DNA of 64,000 nucleotides, from the IMG/VR virus record IMGVR_UViG_3300043570_001980, positions 62,001 through 126,000 of that record, one strand, 5' to 3'. This document shows, piece after piece, positions 55,774 to 64,000 of this stretch. The translations under genes were made by a program, and so were the position numbers. Numbering within the stretch: the stretch's first letter is position 1; the number at the start of each line of letters is the position of its first letter. The notes beneath the pieces are model-generated. The model saw only the letters and a list, made by a program, of their open reading frames with translations. It was not told the origin of the DNA and made no database searches.

Positions 55774-56115
55774 ATGAACACAAAAACAGTAACCCGTAAA
55801 AAGCGTACAGACCGCACTCACATCATTTATATGATCGAAAGCGGTACAGACTTCTACATTGGTGTCACAGCCAAGACCATGAGCACCGTTAAAAAGAGTG
55901 TGTTGGTTCGTTGCAACAAACACATTTATCGTATGCGTTCTGAAGACAAGTCATGGATGCTGTACGAGACCATGCGTGAGCGTGGTACTGACTCATTCAC
56001 TGTTCGTGTGATGGCTGTGGTGCGTGGCAAAACAGAAGCTCACAATTTTGAGCGTGACATGATCCGTAGCATGAAGCCCAACTTAAATACTGATGTTCGT
56101 GGAGTTAACTTTTAA
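55774..56115 (+). CDS. GIY-YIG-like endonuclease
   Basis: HIIY...FYIG...R...H...E. Start moved to ATG 55774. Confidence 0.65.
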   Translation: MNTKTVTRKKRTDRTHIIYMIESGTDFYIGVTAKTMSTVKKSVLVRCNKHIYRMRSEDKSWMLYETMRERGTDSFTVRVMAVVRGKTEAHNFERDMIRSMKPNLNTDVRGVNF

Positions 56116-56124
56116 TGGTGCAGT

Positions 56125-56277
56125 ATGAAAATCAAACAATCCAAACCTAGAAACTTTGTTGCCAAAGATTTGCGCACACCAAAATATCGCATGCGCAAAG
56201 AAGAATTAAAAACGGCATACCAACGACATGAAAAACATCAAACACGTTGTTGTCTTGTTGACTTTAAAATTGCATAA
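56125..56277 (+). CDS. ArfA-like alternative ribosome-rescue factor (50 aa; not in ORF track)
   Basis: NFVAKDLRTPKYRMRKEELKTAYQRHEKH aligns by eye with E. coli ArfA [32 protein letters not shown]. Confidence 0.55.
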   Translation: MKIKQSKPRNFVAKDLRTPKYRMRKEELKTAYQRHEKHQTRCCLVDFKIA

Positions 56278-56286
56278 GTGTATAAT
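56258..56286 (+). promoter_or_regulatory. Sigma70-type promoter
   Basis: TTGACT-17 nt-TATAAT, with TG extension. Confidence 0.75.
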
Positions 56287-56311
56287 CAGTATCTAACCAG
56301 GAGTATATCAT

Positions 56312-56857
56312 ATGATCACAATGAAAGAATGGATGGAACTAGTTGACTATAAAATCACCGAAGGTGGTGATTTTGGCTGGGACTGTTACGGATCAAATAG
56401 TTACCAGCTAAGTAGCTGGAACGGTGTTCACGACCAGGGTGGGTGGAGTTTCAATATTGTATTCAGTACCAAGAGTCAAAAGGTCTACGAAGTAGCAGTC
56501 TGCGACTACACCAACAATCGTGCATATCGCATGATCAATCCCGACTATGTTAAAAAGTACAACAAAGAAGCCAAGACTCGCGGCGAAATGCTGAACCAAG
56601 CCTGGGACGATGTTGACTATGTGGATCTAGAAGTGGACGACGACTTTATCCAAAAATGTCTTGCTATCAAAGCCGGAGAAGTGTATGATACCCGTGTGAG
56701 TGTGCCTATTGATCTGTCAGATGATGGCATGTTTACACTGATGAAAATGGCACACGAACGCGACATTACATTTAATCAAATGGTCGAACAAGTCCTACGA
56801 GAACAATTGGGTCTGCTGGGTATGGATTCAGTTGTTGACAACAAAAACAAATTCTAA
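56312..56857 (+). CDS. Hypothetical protein with a C-terminal ribbon-helix-helix-like segment
   Basis: aggag SD; C-terminal LMKMAHERDITFNQMVEQVL. Confidence 0.6.
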   Translation: MITMKEWMELVDYKITEGGDFGWDCYGSNSYQLSSWNGVHDQGGWSFNIVFSTKSQKVYEVAVCDYTNNRAYRMINPDYVKKYNKEAKTRGEMLNQAWDDVDYVDLEVDDDFIQKCLAIKAGEVYDTRVSVPIDLSDDGMFTLMKMAHERDITFNQMVEQVLREQLGLLGMDSVVDNKNKF

Positions 56858-56863
56858 TATAAT
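56835..56863 (+). promoter_or_regulatory. Sigma70 consensus promoter for the tRNA cluster
   Basis: TTGACA-17 nt-TATAAT, 11 nt before the first tRNA. Confidence 0.85.
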
Positions 56864-56873
56864 TACGTTTATA

Positions 56874-56951
56874 GGGCCGTTAGCTCATGTTGGTTAGAGC
56901 AGTGGACTCATAATCCATTGGTGCTGTGTTCGACTCACAGACGGCCCACCA
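56874..56951 (+). tRNA. tRNA with CAT anticodon, most like tRNA-Ile2 (lysidine)
   Basis: Cloverleaf GGGCCGT/ACGGCCC, loop CTCATAA, TTCGA, encoded CCA. Resembles ileX rather than Met tRNAs. Confidence 0.85.
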
Positions 56952-56958
56952 GACAATT

Positions 56959-57045
56959 GCGACTGTGGTGAAATAGGTAGACACAAGAGACTTAAAATCT
57001 CTCGCTCGCAAGGGCATGCCGGTTCGATTCCGGCCAGTCGCACCA
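56959..57045 (+). tRNA. tRNA-Leu(TAA)
   Basis: GCGACTG/CAGTCGC acceptor, AGAGA-CTTAAAA-TCTCT, long variable arm, CCA. Confidence 0.93.
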
Positions 57046-57050
57046 ACAAC

Positions 57051-57125
57051 CTGGCCTTAGTTCAATGGACAGAACAGTAGCCTTCTAAGCTATCAATACA
57101 GGTTCGATTCCTGTAGGCCGGACCA
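57051..57125 (+). tRNA. tRNA-Arg(TCT)
   Basis: CTGGCCT/AGGCCGG, GTAGC-CTTCTAA-GCTAT, TTCGA, CCA. Confidence 0.92.
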
Positions 57126-57140
57126 TAACAAGGATTTACA

Positions 57141-57386
57141 ATGACTAATTCGCAGAAATCAAAAGTAGAGTTTGCACCTGGTGCATTTGATGATTTTGAT
57201 GGAACACAAGAAGAACTTGATGCTTTGCAGAAAGAGCTTGTTGAAATGTTTTCTAATCTAACACCAGAAGAATTAGCAGAACAAAGTCGAGCTGTGGACT
57301 TTGAAGAACTCATGGAAGAAGATCCTGCGCTGGCAGAAAAACTGTTTAACAGTTTTAACGACGAGCCCACAAGAAAACTGCAATGA
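57141..57386 (+). CDS. Acidic hypothetical protein
   Basis: aagga SD. Confidence 0.6.
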   Translation: MTNSQKSKVEFAPGAFDDFDGTQEELDALQKELVEMFSNLTPEELAEQSRAVDFEELMEEDPALAEKLFNSFNDEPTRKLQ

Positions 57387-57934
57387 CCAAGATAAACAGC
57401 AGTCCTGAGCGTAATACCTTCCAAGTAGAAGGTGCTATCAAGCGGGCAGAAGAAGCAGGCCAAGAGCCTGACCAAGACTATATTGACATGTGGGAACAGA
57501 TCAAGATTGACGATGCTAACAAGATCCACGATCCTGAGTGGCAAAAAGACAATATGGAGTACGATCTACGCAGTACTTTATGGATCTGTGACAAAGTAAA
57601 AGCCAGCGACAATTATGCACAGAACTTGTATGCGGCCATGTGTAACATGCAGTTTCAAAAATTAGAAACTTGGCCTATCTTAAAGAATCAGCGGTGGAGT
57701 TGTAGTTGGCGTCATAGTGGTGGTATCATTGCAGACATGCAAGAAAAAGGCGACTACATTGATTGGTACTGTAGCGGCATTGGTAACAAAGAAAACGGTT
57801 TTGGATTAGATGGGTACGAACCCACATTGGATTCTGATGGCAGAGACTACGTTGCCGAAGGTGTAGTCACAGAAGAGATCCGAGAAGATCTACGTAAACT
57901 TGGATGGACGCCAATTGAATGGGAAGATGATTAA
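57383..57934 (+). CDS. Hypothetical protein
   Basis: NMEYDL, YAQNLYAAMCN, WSCSWR, YIDWYCSG. Confidence 0.65.
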   Translation: MTKINSSPERNTFQVEGAIKRAEEAGQEPDQDYIDMWEQIKIDDANKIHDPEWQKDNMEYDLRSTLWICDKVKASDNYAQNLYAAMCNMQFQKLETWPILKNQRWSCSWRHSGGIIADMQEKGDYIDWYCSGIGNKENGFGLDGYEPTLDSDGRDYVAEGVVTEEIREDLRKLGWTPIEWEDD

Positions 57935-58145
57935 CAGTTTATCAGGGTGGTATGTGGCCAGTATTACGCCTCCTGTAAACGGTCGCGTTTCTAAACATGT
58001 ATATGTGGGGTGGACACCTTGCATAGATTGGTGCAAAGAGCAATTTGGAAATAATGCAATAGATGGTTGGAGATTCATCGGAGAAGGTGTATTTGAATTT
58101 AGAGATGAAAAAATGTTAACATTGTTCTTACTGAGGTGGGCATGA
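57927..58145 (+). CDS. Small hypothetical protein
   Basis: ATG 57927; ends FEFRDEKMLTLFLLRWA. Confidence 0.5.
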   Translation: MINSLSGWYVASITPPVNGRVSKHVYVGWTPCIDWCKEQFGNNAIDGWRFIGEGVFEFRDEKMLTLFLLRWA

Positions 58146-58360
58146 TCGAAGTAACTCTCGAAGGACACAACCCAACTCGTGTTATGGAAATAGTACAAGA
58201 GTTGAGAGACAGCGGTCTTCAACAAGGCTCCGACTTTGACTTTCAATATCATCCTCCCAAGTTTGATGCAATAAATGGTCACGAAATGAAACCTAAATAT
58301 ACAATTTTTTTCTTTTACAACAATGCAACTGCCAGTTGGTTTGCATTAAAACACAAGTGA
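58142..58360 (+). CDS. Small hypothetical protein
   Basis: ATGA overlap; gagg SD. Confidence 0.55.
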   Translation: MIEVTLEGHNPTRVMEIVQELRDSGLQQGSDFDFQYHPPKFDAINGHEMKPKYTIFFFYNNATASWFALKHK

Positions 58361-58367
58361 GGTAATT

Positions 58368-58724
58368 ATGGATTGGTCTAAACAAGAAATGGTACGACTG
58401 CTTAAAAGTGCTCCTGGCACACAGTACCAAGAAGCAGATGACACGCAGAAAATGGTCATTAGAGATTGGGTGCGTAGTTTGCTACAAGCAGGTTCTGTCA
58501 GCCTTGAGTTTGTCAAGGCTGATGGTACAATTCGACAAATGAAATGTACTCTTAATCACGACTTGATCAAATGGGAAACTGTTACAGAATCGGCACTCCC
58601 CAAGAAAGAACGCAAAGAACCCACAGAGGATGTTGTGCGGGTGTATGACTTGGAAAAACAAGAATGGCGTAGTTTTAGATTTGACCGACTGCATAAAATT
58701 ACAACCGAGTTATCTTTTACCTAA
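58368..58724 (+). CDS. DUF2693/WYL_2-like SH3-fold protein
   Basis: FVKADGTIRQMKCTL and VYDLEKQEWRSFRFD. Confidence 0.7.
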   Translation: MDWSKQEMVRLLKSAPGTQYQEADDTQKMVIRDWVRSLLQAGSVSLEFVKADGTIRQMKCTLNHDLIKWETVTESALPKKERKEPTEDVVRVYDLEKQEWRSFRFDRLHKITTELSFT

Positions 58725-58728
58725 TTGG

Positions 58729-58772
58729 TTGCAAATATTTTTTGTATAGTATAAAATAACGAATTATAAATA
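58729..58772 (+). promoter_or_regulatory. Sigma70-type plus perfect T4 late-type promoter for groES
   Basis: TTGCAA-17 nt-TAAAAT, and TATAAATA at 58765. Confidence 0.65.
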
Positions 58773-58776
58773 TTGA

Positions 58777-58834
58777 TTCGTGATGCCATTCATGGGTCAT
58801 GAATAAAATCTTGCTTAATTTAAAGGAGAAAAAT

Positions 58835-58837
<3 letters not shown>
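58777..58837 (+). promoter_or_regulatory. ROSE-like RNA thermometer in the groES 5' UTR
   Basis: Two hairpins; TCTTGCTT pairs with AAAGGAGA (SD) with a bulged G, the ROSE U(U/C)GCU signature. Confidence 0.65.
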
Positions 58838-60753
<1,916 letters not shown>

Positions 60754-60756
60754 TCT

Positions 60757-60784
60757 AAAAGCCCGGACATTGTCCGGGCTTTTT
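60757..60784. terminator. Rho-independent (bidirectional) terminator after groEL
   Basis: AAAAGCCCGGAC-ATT-GTCCGGGCTTTT. Confidence 0.88.
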
Positions 60785-60794
60785 AACAAGAGTT

Positions 60795-60880
60795 ATTGAT
60801 TTTTTCTATTGTCGTTATTAAAACAATTTCAAGAAAAATCCATAAATCTGCTTGATTATATAGATATATAATATTATAAT
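60795..60880 (+). promoter_or_regulatory. OxyR-like site plus sigma70 promoter of ahpC
   Basis: ATTG-N7-CTAT-N7-ATTA at 60795; TTGATT-17 nt-TATAAT at 60852-60880. Confidence 0.5.
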
Positions 60881-60928
60881 AAACACTCAGTACAAACACT
60901 GAGTAACATTTTAACAAAGGAAAATAAC

Positions 60929-61489
60929 ATGAAAACAGTTGGCGATAAATTAACCCCATTTGCAGTAACAGGTGTCAAGCCAGGACAACCAGAAGATGCC
61001 TTCTATACAATTACAGAAAAATCATTTGAAGGCAAGTGGAAAGTAATTGTTTACTATCCAAAGGACTTTACATTTGTATGCCCTACAGAAATTGTAGCAT
61101 ATGACAAATTAGCAGGTGACTTTGCCGAGCGTGATGCAGTTTTACTCACAGGCTCGACAGACAACGAGTTCTGTAAGGTAGCATGGCAAAAGTCACACGA
61201 TGACTTGCGCAAGATTATACATCACCAGTTTGCTGATACTGCTCGTCACCAACCTGGCGAAGAACGTGGCGGTGTAAGTCTTATTGAGCAGTTGGGCGTG
61301 TTCTATGCTCCAGCAGGTGCCGCACTTCGTGCCACATTCATCGTTGACCCAGACAACGTTATCCAGCACGTTACTGTGAACAACTTGAATGTTGGTCGTA
61401 GCCCAGAAGAAACTCTGCGTGTGTTGGATGCGTTACAGACTGGCGAACTATGTGCCTGTAACCGTACCGTTGGCGGCGAGACACTATAA
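60929..61489 (+). CDS. ahpC: Peroxiredoxin AhpC
   Basis: YYPKDFTFVCPTE, GELCACN. Confidence 0.95.
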   Translation: MKTVGDKLTPFAVTGVKPGQPEDAFYTITEKSFEGKWKVIVYYPKDFTFVCPTEIVAYDKLAGDFAERDAVLLTGSTDNEFCKVAWQKSHDDLRKIIHHQFADTARHQPGEERGGVSLIEQLGVFYAPAGAALRATFIVDPDNVIQHVTVNNLNVGRSPEETLRVLDALQTGELCACNRTVGGETL

Positions 61490-61995
61490 TGGCATTTATT
61501 GACGCAATTAAAACTGCGTTGCCAGACTACGCCAAGGACACCAAGTTAAACCTTGATGCTGTTCTTGTGCGTAGCACATTGGATGCTGATGTGGCCATGG
61601 GTTGTGCTGTGGCCGCACTCGCCGCAACTGGTAACGGAAAGGTATTAGCTGTTATGTTAGCGGATCAACCAGTACATGCTGAATCAGCAATGACCGCCGC
61701 TTCAATTATGGCACAGAACAATGTATGGTATCCCTACGTTGAGATGGCTGACGATCCTGCTCTTAAAGGATTGCCAGCACAGTTACGCATGAATGCCATT
61801 GCCAGTCACGGTGGAACTACCAAGTCAAACTTTGAGGCATTTAGTTTAGCCGCAAGTATTGTGGGCAAGTGCCACTTCTGTGTGAAAGCGCACTACGAAA
61901 CACTCAAGCAAGAAGGATACACAGTAGAGCAATTACGTGATATTGGCCGTATTGCCAGTGTTATGAATTCGGTGGCCAAAGTTCTGAACAGCTAA
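61489..61995 (+). CDS. ahpD: Alkyl hydroperoxide reductase AhpD
   Basis: LPDYAKDTKLNL, MAQNNVWY, SIVGKCHFCVKAH. Confidence 0.93.
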   Translation: MAFIDAIKTALPDYAKDTKLNLDAVLVRSTLDADVAMGCAVAALAATGNGKVLAVMLADQPVHAESAMTAASIMAQNNVWYPYVEMADDPALKGLPAQLRMNAIASHGGTTKSNFEAFSLAASIVGKCHFCVKAHYETLKQEGYTVEQLRDIGRIASVMNSVAKVLNS

Positions 61996-63083
61996 TGCAC
62001 AAAAAACATCAAGTCATCAGATGTGAAGCATATATCTTTCAAGGAGATACTTTTTCCGTTGAACAGGCTGAAAATTTTCTTAAAGAGTACGACACAGACT
62101 GTGATACTATTTTAGCTAGTGTGTGGGAAGTACCTTATTATAAAATGTCTACTAACTGGAGACAAGGGTATAAAAACCTAGTACAAACAGCAAAAAGAAA
62201 ATTAAAAGGAAGAATTTTTGTTATACTTGATTCCTGGTATCAACCATATTACCAAGACTTGTTAGATCCAGCTGTTGATGATGTTTTGTTAATTGATTAT
62301 TTCTTGGTTAGAATCTATAACGAAGTTGTAGTTAAAAAACTATGCGATTTTAAAAAAATACCCGATGTAAAAAATCCATTTTTATTCTTAACTGGCAAAC
62401 CATCTAAACTCAACAGAACTCGATTGTTATATAAGTTACAACAGAAGAATTTGTTAGAAAACAGCATATGGTCGTTTTATCCAATTAAAGATAAAATTAA
62501 TCAAGAACATTCAACTGTGCCTGAAATAACAGTTGACGAATACATTGATTTTACAAACAAATATCAACGTCAACCAGATAGTGTTAAATTTAAACCGTCT
62601 GGCCACTCTTATTTTTTTCTTCCGGTACCTTACGACGTTAAACTTTATGATAGTACAGGTTTTTCAATTGTACCCGAAACTATATTTAATAATACAAATT
62701 CGTTTGATACTGTTTTTTTCACAGAAAAAACCTGGATTCCAATATTAAATAATCATGCTTTTATAATTGCTGGAATTCCTGGTGTACTCAAACAACTATC
62801 AACTATGGGGTTCAAAACCTTTGAAGAATATTTGCCAGTTAAATATGACAACATACTTAACCACGAACAACGATTAAATGCAATTGTTGAAAACGTGGAA
62901 TTTTTAGTTAATAACATCGATGCCCTAGAGAATGATTTAATTAACGATATCAAACACAATCATCAAAATTTAATAAAATTAGCTTGCAATAATGTTGATA
63001 ATATTCTCAATCTTGCCAAACAGCATCAATGGCAAATTAAACAGTTTGACGACCTAGTTAACACCGCTGATAAAATTCTATAA
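61995..63083 (+). CDS. Hypothetical protein, glycosyltransferase-like
   Basis: FLFLTGK...R, IVPET, FTEKTW, LSTMGFKTF pattern; AT-rich. Confidence 0.55.
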   Translation: MHKKHQVIRCEAYIFQGDTFSVEQAENFLKEYDTDCDTILASVWEVPYYKMSTNWRQGYKNLVQTAKRKLKGRIFVILDSWYQPYYQDLLDPAVDDVLLIDYFLVRIYNEVVVKKLCDFKKIPDVKNPFLFLTGKPSKLNRTRLLYKLQQKNLLENSIWSFYPIKDKINQEHSTVPEITVDEYIDFTNKYQRQPDSVKFKPSGHSYFFLPVPYDVKLYDSTGFSIVPETIFNNTNSFDTVFFTEKTWIPILNNHAFIIAGIPGVLKQLSTMGFKTFEEYLPVKYDNILNHEQRLNAIVENVEFLVNNIDALENDLINDIKHNHQNLIKLACNNVDNILNLAKQHQWQIKQFDDLVNTADKIL

Positions 63084-63114
63084 CAATTACAGATTATGGA
63101 TATATAATAGTACT

Positions 63115-63219
63115 ATGAACTATCAATCATTGTCCATGTACACCAAGTGTGACGCACGAGATTTCGTGAGTTACAACTATGAGCACATGTGCAATGCGGG
63201 TCTTGGGAAATCTAGATAA
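63115..63219 (+). CDS. Putative leader peptide (34 aa; not in ORF track)
   Basis: MNYQSLSMYTKCDARDFVSYNYEHMCNAGLGKSR; ATG 7 nt after TATAAT (63103). Confidence 0.45.
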   Translation: MNYQSLSMYTKCDARDFVSYNYEHMCNAGLGKSR

Positions 63220-63238
63220 CTAGAAAGTACTGCTAATA

Positions 63239-63269
63239 AAGACCCGCCAACTAGGCGGGTTTTCTTTTT
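63239..63269 (+). terminator. Rho-independent terminator with an overlapping antiterminator option
   Basis: AAGACCCGCC-AACTA-GGCGGGTTTT-CTTTTT; the 5' arm also pairs with GCGGGTCTT at 63196. Confidence 0.8.
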
Positions 63270-63367
63270 GTAGGTAGACCAGAATTGACAGATCTAGTAC
63301 AATAGAAACATGAAGGAAGCAATTCCGGGCAACAACAGAGTGTTGTAAAAATACAACAAACAAGTAG

Positions 63368-63434
63368 TTGACAAAAATTGCAAAGTATCATATAATTGAT
63401 GCATACGTTGAGAAATCAACAATGTTCTTTAACA
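63368..63434 (+). promoter_or_regulatory. Sigma70 consensus promoter followed by a boxB-like hairpin and rrn-type boxA
   Basis: TTGACA-17 nt-TATAAT; GTTGA-GAAA-TCAAC; TGTTCTTTAACA at 63423. Confidence 0.75.
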
Positions 63435-63487
63435 ATGTTAGAGTTTTTGTATAGTAGCCCGCAAGGGTTGCTATATTAAAATGTATT

Positions 63488-63668
63488 AAAGGTTACCTAC
63501 ACCGTTAGGGATCTACAGCGAGGACAGTGGGGCCGCCCACGCTCAAACTAGGTCTATGAAACCGGGCAGAAATGTCCAGAAAAGCGGCGGAGCATGTAGG
63601 CAGTAATGACCGTGCAGGCCTATACAAGACGGTTGTATAGGTAGACATAGATGCACAATGGTTCCTTT
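63488..63668 (+). ncRNA. Candidate multi-helix structured RNA upstream of tRNAs
   Basis: CCTACA/TGTAGG, GTGGG/CCCAC, GGGCA-GAAA-TGTCC, GTGCA/TGCAC, CCTATACAA/TTGTATAGG, AAAGG/CCTTT. Confidence 0.55.
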
Positions 63669-63693
63669 AGTATTTTTTAATATAGTAAATTTT

Positions 63694-63783
63694 GGAGCGG
63701 TGGCCGAACGGTAAGGCAGCGGATTGCTAATCCGTACAACGTGTTAAAGCGTTGACTGGGTTCGACTCCCAGTCGCTCCGCCA
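63694..63783 (+). tRNA. tRNA-Ser(GCT)
   Basis: GGAGCGG/TCGCTCC, loop TTGCTAA, long variable arm, GCCA end. Confidence 0.93.
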
Positions 63784-63789
63784 AGTTTT

Positions 63790-63854
63790 GAGAGTCACAT
63801 CGCCTGGATACTTCCTTTGGTAACAAAGCACTAGGTCCTGCAACCGTGGCTCTC
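63790..63854 (+). ncRNA. Candidate small structured RNA between tRNA genes
   Basis: GAGAGTCAC/GTGGCTCTC, CCTGG/CTAGG, CTTTG-GTAA-CAAAG. Confidence 0.45.
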
Positions 63855-63862
63855 CCTTATTT

Positions 63863-63937
63863 GCTCGATTCGTCTATCGGTTAGGACATGCGGTTTTCAT
63901 CCGCATAAGAGCGGTTCGACTCCGCTATCGAGTACCA
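63863..63937 (+). tRNA. tRNA-Glu(TTC)
   Basis: GCTCGAT/ATCGAGT, TGCGG-TTTTCAT-CCGCA, TTCGA, CCA. Confidence 0.93.
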
Positions 63938-63942
63938 GACAT

Positions 63943-64000
63943 GGAGATGTGGCCGAGTGGCTGAAGGCGGCAGACTGTAAATCTGTTCTGTAAAAAGCGC
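63943..64000 (+). tRNA. tRNA-Tyr(GTA), truncated by the window end
   Basis: GGAGATGTGGCCGAGTGG D-arm; GCAGA-CTGTAAA-TCTGT. Confidence 0.85.

Noticed and set aside
57062-57544. 160-aa minus-strand ORF in the track
   Set aside because: It lies antisense to tRNA-Arg and two well-formed plus-strand genes; a shadow ORF.
63285-63303. Promoter TTGACA...TACAAT
   Set aside because: The spacer is only 7 nt.
63488-63668. RNase P RNA (GAGGACAG resembles GAGGAAAG; CAGAAAAGCGGC resembles CR-V)
   Set aside because: The P4 strands are not complementary and AAGUCCGG/GGCUUA are missing.
63784-63860. HDV-like theta ribozyme or SRP RNA after tRNA-Ser
   Set aside because: The stems are nested rather than a double pseudoknot, and the SRP helix-8 internal-loop consensus is absent.

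Overview
This window is a gene-dense, AT-rich segment almost entirely on the + strand. It is best explained as part of a large T4-superfamily-like (jumbo) tailed phage genome. The host is probably a freshwater betaproteobacterium (inference from a Bug/TctC protein, the ahpC-ahpD pair, and sigma70 and boxA signals). In order: (1) a TctC / P-loop sulfotransferase-like / APS-kinase-fusion accessory block; (2) a lysis block with GH19 endolysin, spanin-like pair and holin-like protein; (3) dnaJ-like and clpA; (4) a ~13 kb late block of putative head-packaged polyproteins with T4 IP-like N-terminal propeptides and repeated (Q/K)GVAE-G motifs separating nucleotidyltransferase, HEXXH, GNAT, ParB-like and cryptic signal-peptide modules; (5) clpP, family B DNA polymerase and sliding clamp; (6) a 7-deazaguanine DNA-modification region (dpdA, dpdL-like, folE, queD-like, queE) interleaved with glycosyltransferases, galE, methyltransferases, radical SAM and MazG-like genes; (7) RNase H, a GIY-YIG gene, an unannotated ArfA-like small ORF and three tRNAs; (8) groES-groEL behind a ROSE-like thermometer, and ahpC-ahpD behind an OxyR-like site; (9) a leader-peptide attenuator-like element, an rrn-like promoter-boxB-boxA, two candidate structured RNAs and more tRNAs. 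The top candidates for new biology are the protease-released modular ejection cargo, a translation-rescue/tRNA control module, and a preQ1-I-like pseudoknot upstream of queD. All family assignments come from motifs read by eye; no searches were run.
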